Shown here: positions 29,517 to 39,551 of the stretch, in pieces
Layout: the number at the start of each line of letters is the position of its first letter
How positions within the stretch are numbered: the first letter of the stretch is position 1
Assembly: GCA_041394685.1 (NCBI GenBank)
Contig: JAWKHU010000038.1
Location: 130,087-194,086 of the forward strand
Reading direction: 5' to 3'
Length of the DNA: 64,000 nucleotides
DNA from: Vicinamibacterales bacterium
GTDB taxonomy: Bacteria; Acidobacteriota; Vicinamibacteria; Vicinamibacterales; UBA2999
Notes under the pieces: model-generated
Databases searched by the model: none
The model's input: the letters and a program-made list of their open reading frames with translations, nothing else
Told to the model about the DNA's origin: nothing
Position numbers and translations under genes: made by a program

Positions 29517-31121
29517 ATGCGCCAACTCCTGACCCTCGCCGCCCTCGTGACCGCCTCCATCGCCCTGTCGGCGCAGACACCCGCGCGAACGACGACGCTG
29601 GCCGGGCTCGACCCCGCCACCATCGGCCGCATCCGGACCGAGGCCACGCGGAGCTCGCAGGCGGTGGATCACATCTGGTGGCTGTCGGAGGTGTACGGCC
29701 CGAGGCCCACCGGGTCGCCCGCCTTCCAGCAGGCGTCGGAGTGGGCGATGAAGCGCTTCTCCGACTGGGGACTGTCCAACGTGCACCAGGAGCGCTTCCC
29801 GTTCGGCCAGGGATGGACCATCGAACGGTTCTCCGCGCACCTGGTGGCGCCGCAGACGCAGGCCTTCATCGGCGCGCCGCGCTGGTACTCCCCGTCGACG
29901 GACGGTCCGGTGCTCGCCGACGTGGTCCACGTGGACGCTCGCAGCGAGGCCGACCTGGCGAAGTACGCCGGGCAGCTGCGCGGCAAGATCGCCGTGATGC
30001 AGCCGGCCCGGCGCGTCCGCCTGCTGGACGGCCGCATCGTGCTCCGCATGGGGGATCAGGAGTGGGACGAGGCGATGCGCACGCCGATCGAGCCCGCCTC
30101 GGGCGGAGGGCCCGGCCAGGCGTTCCGCAACGCGCAGGCCTTCCAGCAGGCCGTCCAGACGTTCCTCGTGGCGGAAGGCGCCGCCGTGCTGCTCGAGCGC
30201 GGGTCCGACAACGACGAGACGCCGGGCGGCAGCGACCTGCCGTGGATGCAGCAGCGTGTGGACGGTGGGACCGTGTTCCCGACCAATGGCGGCAGCCGCG
30301 ACCCGGATGCCCCGAAGCCTGTGCGCCGTCGGCCACGTTTCGCCGCAGCGCACCGGCAACTGCGACCGTGCGGCTTCGTCGATCGCGCCCGTGCGGATGG
30401 AAGTGAACATCCAGACCCGGTTCCATCCCGAGACGGACCCGGCCGGCAACGCCATCAACACGATCGCGGAGATCCCGGGCACCGACCGCCGAGTGTCGTG
30501 ATCCTCGGCGCCCACTTCGACAGCCATCCCTACGCGGGCGGCGCCACCGACAACGCGACGGGCTCCTCGGCCATGATGGAGGCGGTCCGGGCGTCATCCG
30601 TGCCCTCGGCCTGAAGCCGCGCCGCACGATTCGCGTCGCCCTGGGCCGCCGAGGAGCAGGGGCTGCTGGGATCGCGCGCCCATGCGCAGCGCCACTTCTA
30701 CGACCCGCAGACGGGGAGGTGAAGCCCGATCACGCGCGCGTGGCCGCGCATACTTCAACCTCGACAACGGCACGGCCGCATTCGCGGCGTGTGGGGGCAG
30801 GGCAACCTCGGCGCCATGCCCATCCTCGAGCAGTGGGGCGTCGGTGCAGGACCTCGGCTTCAAGGCGGTCAGCCCGAGGAGCGTGACCTCCACCGACCAC
30901 GTGCCGTTCGACGCGGCGGGCCTGCCCGGCTTCCAGTTCATCCAGGAACGGCTCGAGCATCAGGCGCGCACGCACCATCTGAACATGATAACCTTCGATC
31001 ACGTGCAGGCCGAGGACCTGTGCAGGGGCGCGGTGGCCGCCGTGTTCGCAGGGCATGCGGCCAACTGGCCGGAAAAGCTCCCGCGAAGGCGATGCCGGCG
31101 CGCACGGGCACCGGGCAGTAG
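29517..31121 (+). pseudogene. M28 family aminopeptidase, secreted; at least 4 frame breaks as sequenced
   Basis: Signal peptide is MRQLLTLAALVTASIALSAQ. Pieces in different frames are VRMEVNIQTRFHPETDPAGNAINTIAEIPGTD, VILGAHFDSHPYAGGATDNATGSSAMMEAVR, AYFNLDNGT, and SVTSTDHVPFDAAGLPGFQFIQERLEHQARTHH. Confidence 0.65.
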
Positions 31122-31136
31122 CACGACGCGCTCGCG

Positions 31137-31880
31137 TCAGGGACTCTTGCGCCCGCCCGGGTAGTGCACCTGCCGGTCGTGGTTGATGGGCGACGCCAGC
31201 AGACGCCGCCGGTCAGCCGCCCGGCGCGGGCAAGCCCAGCGCCTGACCATCAACGTCTGCTCGAAGCGCGTGGCGCCCTCGTCCTCGAGGAACAGCCGCT
31301 CGTTGCCCGCCCGGGGTGATGAGGAGGTGGCCAGTTGGAGTAGTGCACTTCGCCCAGCGCGTAGGACACGCCCGCGTGGCTGCGATGTGGCGGCGATTCG
31401 CGTGCCCGGCCCGTCGGGGAAGCGCAGGCGAGGCGCCGCGCCGGATCGAGATTTCAGCAGGGCCTCCGGCCCCGGTGGTCGCCGTAGAACTCCGTGTAGG
31501 AGAGCTTGAGGCAGTCGTCGAGGCGTGGTTTCGTTCTGGAGGATCTCGACCGCCGAGGCCAGCAGGCCCGGCACGCGGGTCGGGAAGCCGTTCCGGCAGA
31601 GGCCGGGCGCGTCCTGCAGGAGCATGTCGTCCTCGAAGAACGCCGCGATCTCCGCGTCGGTCTGCTGCGCAACGTGTGGCGCACCAGGCGCGGCCGCCCA
31701 TGATGCCCAGTTGCCGTCGCTCACGCGCGAACCTGTAGCGCGCCGCCAGCTCGCGGTTGGCCGTGTGCCGACTCGTCGGTCGAGCTGTCGAGCAGGATGC
31801 GGCGCGCCGCCTGCGACGAGCGCGGGCTCGACGGCCGACGCGCTCGAACCATCGCGCGAGCTGCGCCGGCGCGTCGGCGA
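31137..31880 (-). pseudogene. Hypothetical protein, fragmented over several frames (weak call)
   Basis: Coding-like pieces are ILADAPAQLARWFERVG, TANRELAARYRFAR, SDGNWASWAAAPGAPHVAQQTDAEIAAFFEDDMLLQDAPG, LDDCLKLSYTEFYGDH and the end ...PINHDRQVHYPGGRKSP. No family recognised. Confidence 0.3.
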
Positions 31881-31883
31881 GGA

Positions 31884-34690
31884 TTTACACCGCGAGATGT
31901 CCTGAGGCCGCCTCGACGGCCGGGGCCGGCGTCACCCGCGTGCCGCGCTTCACCCGGCACGTCCATGCCGCCGGCGCGAAAGCAGGTCCGCGGCCAACGG
32001 TCGAGCTCGTGCTCCCGGCCGACGGCCTCGAAGTCGCGGTCCGTGATCTCACACCAGTTCCACAGCCGGCCGCGCATCGTCTGCTCGAAGGTGTCGGTCG
32101 AGGCCGCGTAGTCGTGGGCCATGACCAGATCGCCGGTCTTCAGGTACGGCGCCAGGCGCGTCACGTCCCCGAGCTTGTCCGGGCCGTCGCACACGAGCAG
32201 CGTGATGCCGGGCCCCTGGATCTCGCGGGCGATCTCGGCGGCGGCAAATGGCTCGGCGACGTCCCGGCGACGCGCGTCCACATCCAGCGGCTCGAACAGC
32301 GCGCGCGCCGCCGTGTCGTGCACGCTGCGATCGACGGTGACGAACCGGGCGCCGGTGACGCGCGCGTACAGGTGGAAGAGCACGGTGAGACCGCCGACGC
32401 CCGTGCCCAGTTCCACGATCCGCGCCACGCGACGTCCCTCGTCCTCCAGCGTCCGCAGGAGGCGATCGATGGCGAGGATGGCGTGCCGGTTCTGCATCAT
32501 CGGCAGGCCGAAGAACGTGGTGTGGCCGCGCTCGACGTCGTCCGGGACCTCGATGGGGTCCGCCTGCGCGGTGCGCACGGGAAACGGCACGACCTCGACC
32601 GCGCGCCGTTCCGGCGCCTGGCGTCGCCCGGCTGCCCGGCCGGCGAGGAGATCCTGGAAGAACGGTCCCAGCAGGCCATCGCGCTCGACGAGGTAGTGCG
32701 CGTACCGCGACGGCTCCCGGTACGCGAGCACGGTGAACAGGCTCTCCTCGGTGCCCATGAGCCCGCGCGCCAGCGTGTCGCGCCGGAGCGCCTCGAACTG
32801 CGCCTCCACCGCCGGAATCTCCTCCACGCGTCCACCGAAGAAGCCGCCGCGAACCACGCGGTCCACCATGGACACGCCTGCCAGCGCCGCGAGCGCGGGA
32901 CGTGGGAAGCCGTGTATCTCGTCACCGTCCGGGTAGGGATACTCCACCCAGAGGAAGGGGCCCGCGGCGTCGGCCAGGCGGCCGGCCAGCGCCGGCGCCT
33001 CGAACACGGCGCCGGGCACCGTGTGCACGAGGCCGGCGTCCACCCAGAACAGGTGACTGGCGCCGAAGGCGTTCGCGCGCGCGGCCTCGGCCAGCCAGCG
33101 CATCTTCGAGAAGACGAGCGCGTTGTAGTGCGCCAGGGCGGCCTGCGGACTGTCGGCCAGCCAGCCGGCCTGCGCGAGCCAGTTCGCGTCGGCCCGAATG
33201 CGCTGGATGTCGGCAAAGCCGTCCCCGGCCTCGAGATCCTCGGGCCGGACGAGCTCGAGCCGCGTGTTGGAGGGGTGCCGGTGCCGCCACACCAGGGCTT
33301 CGAGCCGCGGTTCGGCGTACACCACCATGGGCAGCGGCGTCTCGAGCAGTTGCTCGAAGAGCGGCAGGTAGTGCGCCTCGAAGGACCGGCCGAAGCCGCC
33401 GCCGAGGGCCTCGCGGCCCAGGTCCACGAGCGCGGTCACCAGGGTGACGGGCGGGTGGAGCGGCAGCACCGGCCCGTCGATGCGCTCGAGCCAGCCGCGT
33501 GTGTCGCTGACCGGCCACACCGTCCAGCTCGCCGGCGTGCGGTCGGTCTCGAAGGCACAGCGGATGACGGCGTGCGCGCCCGCATCCGCCAGCAGCGCGC
33601 GCACGCCCTCGCGGTCCACGTCCTGCCGCACGATCTCCAGGCCGTGCGCGTCGTGTACGCCGACGTACCAGAAGTGATAGTCGTGCACGTCGGCCGGCAG
33701 CCGGCGCTTCTCGATGGCCAGGTCGAGCGCGTAGCCGCGGATGCGGTCGGCCCAGCCCTCGTCCGCCGGCGGGTTCGGCGGCTCGAAGCCCGCGCGGGTG
33801 TACTCCTGCGCGCGACGCCGCGAGATGCTGACGCCCGCATACGCCTCGTACTCGTCGAACGTCCGCGCGACACCCAGCCCCAACCGCCCCGGCTCCGGCT
33901 GCGCCAGGAAGGCGGCCACCTTGTCGAGGCTGGCCCGATCGCGCGCGTGCCACGCCATCTCCACCTCGGGACCGCCGTCGTGGTCGGTCCAGTGCTTGTG
34001 CGGACGATAGGCGCGCGTGTACTCGTGCCAGACGATGACGTGGCGGGGGTGGAAGAGGTCGTAGCCGTGCGTGAAGGCGCGCACGGCCAGGGTGATCTCC
34101 TCACCCGTGAAGTAGAGGTCCGGGTCGTACGGCACGTCCTCGACGAAGCGGCCGGGGGCGAACAGGAAGTGCGCCGAGAGGAAGCGGGCGCGGGCCGGGC
34201 GAGACAATCGCTGCCAGTCGCGCAGCTCGCCGGGCCGGAAGAGGATGATGCCCTCGCTGGTGAACCGATCGAAGTTCATCTGCATGGGGACGTGCTCGCG
34301 CGCGTCCTCGTGCTCGGGATCGAACGGTGTCGCGGAGGTGGTCAGGATGGGCCGATCGGACGGGCACGATCGAGCTCGTCGATCGCCAGCTCGTCCCACC
34401 CGTCCGCGAAGCGGTGGTGCGAGTCCAGCTGCAGGTAGTAGTCCTCGCCCGCGTAGCGACCCATGATCTCGGCGCGCGCCCAGCACGCGCCGCGGCTGGC
34501 CTGCCAGGGACGTCGATGATGCGGAACCGGCCGTCCGCCGTCCACGGCAGGGGCGCCTCGTCGGCGCCGTGCTGCCAGCAGACGCCGAAGCGCAGGCGCT
34601 CGGGATGCCGGGCGCGCGCGTGCAATCCTCCACCGTCGGCACGAGCTGCGGGTCGCGATACGCCGCAATCGAGACGAAGATGGTCCGCAC
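31884..34690 (-). pseudogene. Three-domain enzyme: GlcNAc-transferase-like (PF11397-type) + HtrL/YibB-like + CmcI/class I methyltransferase-like; at least 3 N-terminal frame breaks; 3' end uncertain (31884 TAA or 31721 TGA)
   Basis: A GTG start follows a GAGGAGG RBS that overlaps the upstream stop. The N-domain pieces are IFVSIAAYRDPQLVPTVEDC, RLRFGVCWQHG and YYLQLDSHHRFADGWD, spread over three frames. The middle domain has VTLVTALVDLGRE...HLFWVDAGLVH. The C-terminal domain has IVELGTGVGGLTVLFHLYA...LLVCDGPDK. Confidence 0.6.
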
Positions 34691-34698
34691 CGTCCTCC

Positions 34699-36624
34699 TC
34701 AGAAGACGTCCACGCGCATGTCGGCCGTCGCCGGACCGATGCCCGCCACGTTCATCGCCCGCACGCGCACGTAGTAGGTGCCCGGAGGCGCGTTGGCGGC
34801 CACCAGCGACTCCTGCGGCGTCATCATCGTGCCCACGTCCGTGAGACCGATCTGCGATCCCACCTCGACGATGTAGTTGTCAACGGGACCGCCGGCCGAT
34901 GGTGCCTGCCACGCAAGCGTGACGGTGCGGCCCGTCAGCAGGTGTGTGAGGCCGTCGGGCGCGCCCGGCGGGGCCACGCTGGTGGACAGGGTGACGGCGA
35001 CGTCGTTGGAGGGCGCACCGGTACCGCAGGCGTTGAGCCCGCGCACGCGCAGGTAATAGGTCCCCGGAGGGCCCGTCGCCACCAGCGCCGGCAGGCCACC
35101 GATGTTGCGGCGGCCGTGCTCGACGCCGCCCGGCGTGGCTCCCACTTCGAGCAGGTAGGCAGTGGCTCCAGGCGCGGCGCCCAGTGCGAGCGACATCTGC
35201 AGGCCGTCCACCGTGGCCGCCAGCGGTCCGGGCGCCTGCGGCTCCGACATGCACCCGGTAGCGCCCAGCGTCACCAGCAGCTCGCTCGATGGCGGGCCGA
35301 GCCCGTATGCGTTTCGTCCCCGCACGCGCACGTAGTAGGTGCCGGCCGGCGCGTCGGCGTCGAAGGTGGTCGCCGCTCCCGCCGTGGCCTGGACCAGCAG
35401 GTTGCTTGCTCCAGCCACCGACCCCGCCTCGATGATGTAGTCGGCCGGAAGGCCGCCGGTGGTCGGCGGCAGCCACGACAGCCGCACGCGGAACGTCGTT
35501 GCGGTTGGCGAGTCGCCCATGCGGGCGATGCGCCCCTGCGCAGGCTGGAGCTGGTCGAACCCGAACGTGCGAATCGCGAAGCCCCAGGCCGCGTCTGCAC
35601 CAGGCGCGGTCACCGCCGCATCGCCTTGCTGACCCGCGACGGCATAGGACAACAGGAGGGGCGCACCGGGCACGCGCGAGAAGGTGGGTGACGGCGTCGG
35701 CGTAGGTATTGGAGTCGCCGACGGCGTCGGCGTCGGTACGGGAGTCGCCGACGGCGTCGGTGTCGGCACCGGGCTGGCCGATGGCGTCGGTGTCGGCACC
35801 GGACTCGCCGATGGCGTCGGCGTCGGCACCGGACTCGCCGATGGCGTCGGCGTCGGCACCGGACTCGCCGATGGCGTGGGGGTCGGCACCGGACTCGCGG
35901 AGGGCGTCGGTGTAGGCACCGGGCTCGCTGACGGCGTCGGCGTCGGCGTGACGTCGAAGTGATTGAACACGAGCGCGGGGCCCGCCTGCCCACCGTTCTC
36001 GCGGGAGGCCAGGAACATGCCGCCGTCGCCGCTGGTGGTCGTCCGGCGGATCCGGAACGTCGTGGCGCCGCCGTTGACCAGGGCGGTGACGTCGAAGCTC
36101 AGCTCTCCCGGGCCGGTGTAGCCGCCCTCGGCGCCCGGGGGCGTCCCGGCCGCCGTGTTGTTGAAGGTCGCGTCTCCCTCCGTCTGCGTCGTCGAACACG
36201 CTTCGGCCGTGATTGTCTCGAACGTGGGCGTGAAGTCGATGACCACCTGCGTCACCAGCGTGACCTCGTCGGCCGGGCCGTAGGTGGACAGCAGGGTCGA
36301 GACGGCGGTGGGGTCGAAGATCACCAGCGCATCGGCGCTGTCGGCGCCCTGCACCTCCACCGTCAGCTGCCCGTCGGTGCCGAAGTTGGTATCGGGCTGG
36401 TCCGACCGCAGCGTGGTGTCGCCGGCCACGTCGATCTGCCGCAGGACGGCGTGCGCGGCCGTCACGCCGAAGAGCGGCCCCAGGGCCGCACCGCCGACGA
36501 TGCGACTGAGGTAGCTGACGCCGCCAGAGGCGGTGAAGCCGGTGCCGCCGACGAGCCGCTGCACGAAGCCGCGACGGGACAGCGGATAGCGAGGCCGGGG
36601 ATCGCCGGGGCCGGATGTCTCCAT
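34699..36624 (-). CDS. Tat-exported DNRLRE-domain protein with Pro/Thr/Ser decapeptide linker and three FN3 domains
   Basis: Intact 641 aa. Twin-arginine motif is [17 protein letters not shown]-like motif is [21 protein letters not shown]. There are nine [10 protein letters not shown] repeats. Three FN3 modules carry [13 protein letters not shown] signatures. Confidence 0.8.
   Translation of the reverse strand: METSGPGDPRPRYPLSRRGFVQRLVGGTGFTASGGVSYLSRIVGGAALGPLFGVTAAHAVLRQIDVAGDTTLRSDQPDTNFGTDGQLTVEVQGADSADALVIFDPTAVSTLLSTYGPADEVTLVTQVVIDFTPTFETITAEACSTTQTEGDATFNNTAAGTPPGAEGGYTGPGELSFDVTALVNGGATTFRIRRTTTSGDGGMFLASRENGGQAGPALVFNHFDVTPTPTPSASPVPTPTPSASPVPTPTPSASPVPTPTPSASPVPTPTPSASPVPTPTPSASPVPTPTPSATPVPTPTPSATPIPTPTPSPTFSRVPGAPLLLSYAVAGQQGDAAVTAPGADAAWGFAIRTFGFDQLQPAQGRIARMGDSPTATTFRVRLSWLPPTTGGLPADYIIEAGSVAGASNLLVQATAGAATTFDADAPAGTYYVRVRGRNAYGLGPPSSELLVTLGATGCMSEPQAPGPLAATVDGLQMSLALGAAPGATAYLLEVGATPGGVEHGRRNIGGLPALVATGPPGTYYLRVRGLNACGTGAPSNDVAVTLSTSVAPPGAPDGLTHLLTGRTVTLAWQAPSAGGPVDNYIVEVGSQIGLTDVGTMMTPQESLVAANAPPGTYYVRVRAMNVAGIGPATADMRVDVF
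35683..35949 (-). repeat. In-frame 30-bp tandem repeat x9 encoding (TPTPSA[ST]P[VI]P)n linker
   Basis: Read directly. Several units differ only by synonymous changes (gcgagt versus gccagc for Ala-Ser) while the peptide stays identical. Confidence 0.9.
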
Positions 36625-36772
36625 GGTCGGGCGTATTATCGGACGCCGCGCGGACGGACGGCAGGGCCTCGGCGCGCGCGCCGGAGAATTCAGTGCAAGC
36701 CACTTCGGACGCCGCCCGACGGCCCGCCGTCGATCATCCCTTGCGTCGAGGCCGGGGTTCGCAGTGCGCTCT

Positions 36773-36930
36773 GTGACCGTGACGTTCGTCGTTCATCACG
36801 CGCATCGGGCCCATCACCACCGTTCCACGAACGGCCCGGCCGGACTGCGCGCGTAACACGACGAAGACATTCACGACGATTCGTTTCACGCGAAGGCCCG
36901 CTGGGAAACCAGCGGGCCTTTGTCGTTTCT
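36773..36930 (+). promoter_or_regulatory. Candidate his-operon leader: His-rich leader ORF (GTG 36773 or 36779 to TAA 36854..36856) plus terminator = putative attenuator
   Basis: The codons read GTG ACC GTG ACG TTC GTC GTT CAT CAC GCG CAT CGG GCC CAT CAC CAC CGT ... TAA, giving (M)[26 protein letters not shown] with 6 His in 9 codons. A small hairpin CCGTTC-CAC-GAACGG (36820..36834) follows, then the terminator. It lies 22 nt upstream of the hisI ATG. Confidence 0.6.
36893..36930 (+). terminator. Intrinsic terminator hairpin upstream of hisI
   Basis: A 12-bp stem AAGGCCCGCTGG / CCAGCGGGCCTT with a GAAA tetraloop, followed by TTGTCGTTTCT. Confidence 0.7.
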
Positions 36931-36951
36931 GGCCGGCAACCGGGAGTGGTT

Positions 36952-37312
36952 ATGGATTTCAGCAAGCTGGACGGGCTCATCCCCGCCGTCGTGCAGGACC
37001 GCACGAGCGGCGAGGTGTTGATGGTGGGTTTCATGAACGACGAGGCCTGGGCGATCACGCAGCGCACCGGGTACGTCACCTTCTTCAGCCGCACGCGCAA
37101 CACGCTCTGGACCAAGGGCGAGACCTCTGGCAACCGCCTGGCGGTAGCGGCAGATCTGGACCGACTGCGACGACGACACGGTGCTGGTGAAGGTGGACCG
37201 GGAAGGCGACGGAAACGTGTGCCACACCGGGCAGCGCTCGTGCTTCTACACGGAAGTGCCGCTGACCGGCGGCGGGCAGCCGGCGGCGGGCGCGGCGGGA
37301 GCAGCCCGATGA
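36952..37312 (+). CDS. hisI: Phosphoribosyl-AMP cyclohydrolase, monofunctional (one frame break near 37150)
   Basis: GGGAG RBS. The N-terminal part is [61 protein letters not shown]. In the next frame it continues [29 protein letters not shown]. The stop TGA overlaps the hisG ATG (ATGA). Confidence 0.8.
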
Positions 37313-38194
37313 AGCTGCGGCTCGGCATTCCCAAGGGCTCGCTCGAGCAGGCCACCGTCCAGCTCTTCCAGCGGGCGGGCTTCCAGGTGCTGGTCTCGTC
37401 GCGCTCCTACTTCCCCTCCATCGACGACCCCGAGATCGAGTGCATGCTGATCCGCGCGCAGGAGATGGCCCGCTACGTGGCCGACGGCATCCTCGACGCG
37501 GGCCTCACCGGCTTCGACTGGATTCGCGAGCACGAGATCGGCCACCCCGAGCAACCACCGCTGGTGCCGTCGCCGACCTCATCTACTCGAAACAGAGCTT
37601 CGGCAAGGTGCGCTGGGTGCTGGCCGCGCCGGAGGCTCCCCGTTCCAGACGGCAAAGGACTTCGAGGGCAAGCGCATCGCGACCGAGCTGGTGCGCGTGA
37701 CACGCGACTACTTCCAGCGCCACGGCGTGAACGTGGACGTCGAGTTCTCGTGGGGCGCCACCGAGGTCAAGCCGCCCGTGCTGGCCGACGCCATCGTCGA
37801 GGCCACCGAAACCGGGTCCACCCTGCGGGCCAACCGGCTCCGCATCCTGGACACGATCCTGGAGTCCAACACCCAGCTGATTGCCAACGACACAGCCATG
37901 GCCGACGACTGGAAGCGGACGAAGATCGAGAACCTCGCACTGCTGCTCAAGGCCGCGATAGAGGCACAGGGCCGCGTGGGGCTGATGCTCAACGTGCCGA
38001 AGGCGAGCCTCGACGAGGTGCTGGGCCTGCTGCCCGCCCTGCAGCGGCCCACGGTGAGCGCGCTCAGCGACCCCGAGTGGGTGGCCGTCAACACCATCCT
38101 GGAAGAGAAGACCGCGCGCGACCTGATCCCCAAGCTGAAGGCCGCCGGCGGACAAGGCATCGTGGAGTATCCGCTGACGAAGATCGTCATGTAG
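37309..38194 (+). CDS. hisG: ATP phosphoribosyltransferase, long form (two single-base frame breaks near 37540 and 37640)
   Basis: The protein is [20 protein letters not shown]...[15 protein letters not shown], then [22 protein letters not shown], then [25 protein letters not shown]...GLMLNVPK...EYPLTKIVM. The length of 886 nt equals 888 minus 2. Confidence 0.8.
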
Positions 38195-38250
38195 GAATTC
38201 AGAAGTCAGAATTCAGAATTCAGAAGTCAGAACGGAGAAGGCGGAGCACA
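38195..38250 (+). repeat. Tandem 7-mer array filling the hisG-hisD spacer (GAATTCA/GAAGTCA family, 8 units)
   Basis: GAATTCA GAAGTCA GAATTCA GAATTCA GAAGTCA GAACGGA GAAGGCG GAGCACA, running from the base after the hisG TAG to the A of the hisD ATG. The decayed 3' units supply the hisD RBS (GGAGAAGG). Confidence 0.9.
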
Positions 38251-39551
38251 TGATCCGGGTCGTTCCTTCCACCAATCGCAGGGCCGTGACGGCGCTGCTG
38301 TCCTCCACGCGGGTGCGCGACCGTGTCACCGACCGCAAGGCGGCCGCGATCGTCGAGCGCGTGCGCGCGGGCGGAGACCAGGCGTTGCGTGCCTGCGTGC
38401 GGGAGTTCGACGGCGTGTCCGGACCGCTGGAGATTCCGCGGGCACGCTGGGCGGAGGAGGCCGCGTCGGTTCCCGACGCCGTGCGTGAGGCCATTCGCAC
38501 GGCCGCCCGCCACATCCACCGGGTGGCCCGCGCGCAGGTGCCGCGCGGGTGGCGCGTGCGCGTCGAGCGCGGCGTCACCGTGGAGCAGCGCGTGGTGCCG
38601 CTGTCGCGCGTGGGCTGCTATGTCCCGGCCGGCCGGTATCCGCTGCCGTCGTCGCTGCTGATGACGGCGCTGCCCGCCAGGGCGGCCGGTGTGCCCGAGG
38701 TGATCGTGGCGTGCCCGCGGCCGGACGCCACCGTGTTCGCCGCGGCCATCGAAGCCGGCGTGGACCGCGTCTTTCGGATGGGCGGCGCCCACGCGATTGC
38801 GGCCCTGGCCTACGGCACGCGGAGCGTGCCGCGGGTGGACAAGATCGTGGGGCCGGGCAATCGCTGGGTCTCGGCGGCCAAGTCGCTCGTCACCGCGGAC
38901 TGCGCCATCGACTTCTATGCGGGCCCGACCGAGATCCTCGTGCTCGCGTCGAAGACCCCGCCGGCGTGGGTGGCAGCCGATCTCATTGCCCAGGCCGAGC
39001 ACGATCCGGACGCCCGGGCCGTGTGCGTCACCACGAGCCAGGCGTACGCCAACCGGATCGCGGCCGAAGTGGCCGCCCAGCTCCCCGCCACCGGGCCCGC
39101 GGCCACCTCGCTGGCGCGCCACGGCGGCATCATCGTCGCGCGCTCCCAGCGGGAGGCCGTGGATCTCGCCAACCAGGCGGCTTCCGAGCACCTGGTCGTG
39201 GAGAGCGACGCCGTCGCGGAGCAGATCGTGAACGCGGGCGCGATATTCGTGGGGAGCTGGACCGCCCAGGTGGCGGGCGACTACGCCATCGGCTCGAACC
39301 ACGTGCTGCCGACGGCCGGCGCGGGACGCTACCGCGGCGGGCTGAACGCCGCGGACTTCGTGAAGCTGATCTCCGTGCAGCGCGCCACGGAGCGGGGCCT
39401 GCGGGCCATTGCCGGCGCCGTGACGACGCTGGCGCGAGCCGAGGGCCTGGAGGGACACGCTCGGTCCATCGACGTGCGCATGGGGACCGGCACGCCGCCA
39501 CGAGCCGCACGCGGGGCGCGCGCGACAGCAGGGACGGAGACGACGCGATGA
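38250..39551 (+). CDS. hisD: Histidinol dehydrogenase
   Basis: Intact 433 aa with motifs [27 protein letters not shown] and EGLEGHARS. Confidence 0.9.
   Translation: MIRVVPSTNRRAVTALLSSTRVRDRVTDRKAAAIVERVRAGGDQALRACVREFDGVSGPLEIPRARWAEEAASVPDAVREAIRTAARHIHRVARAQVPRGWRVRVERGVTVEQRVVPLSRVGCYVPAGRYPLPSSLLMTALPARAAGVPEVIVACPRPDATVFAAAIEAGVDRVFRMGGAHAIAALAYGTRSVPRVDKIVGPGNRWVSAAKSLVTADCAIDFYAGPTEILVLASKTPPAWVAADLIAQAEHDPDARAVCVTTSQAYANRIAAEVAAQLPATGPAATSLARHGGIIVARSQREAVDLANQAASEHLVVESDAVAEQIVNAGAIFVGSWTAQVAGDYAIGSNHVLPTAGAGRYRGGLNAADFVKLISVQRATERGLRAIAGAVTTLARAEGLEGHARSIDVRMGTGTPPRAARGARATAGTETTR

Noticed and set aside
31721-31883. The C-terminal ~55 aa of ORF 31721..34690 (…GEARHAGDAGPGRRGGLRTSRGVNPRRRAGAARAM…), including its GTGA overlap with the next ORF.
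   Set aside because: The composition is junk-like. A neighbouring frame with better GC3 ends at a rare TAA at 31884..31886. I could not decide firmly between the two ends, so both are mentioned in the feature.
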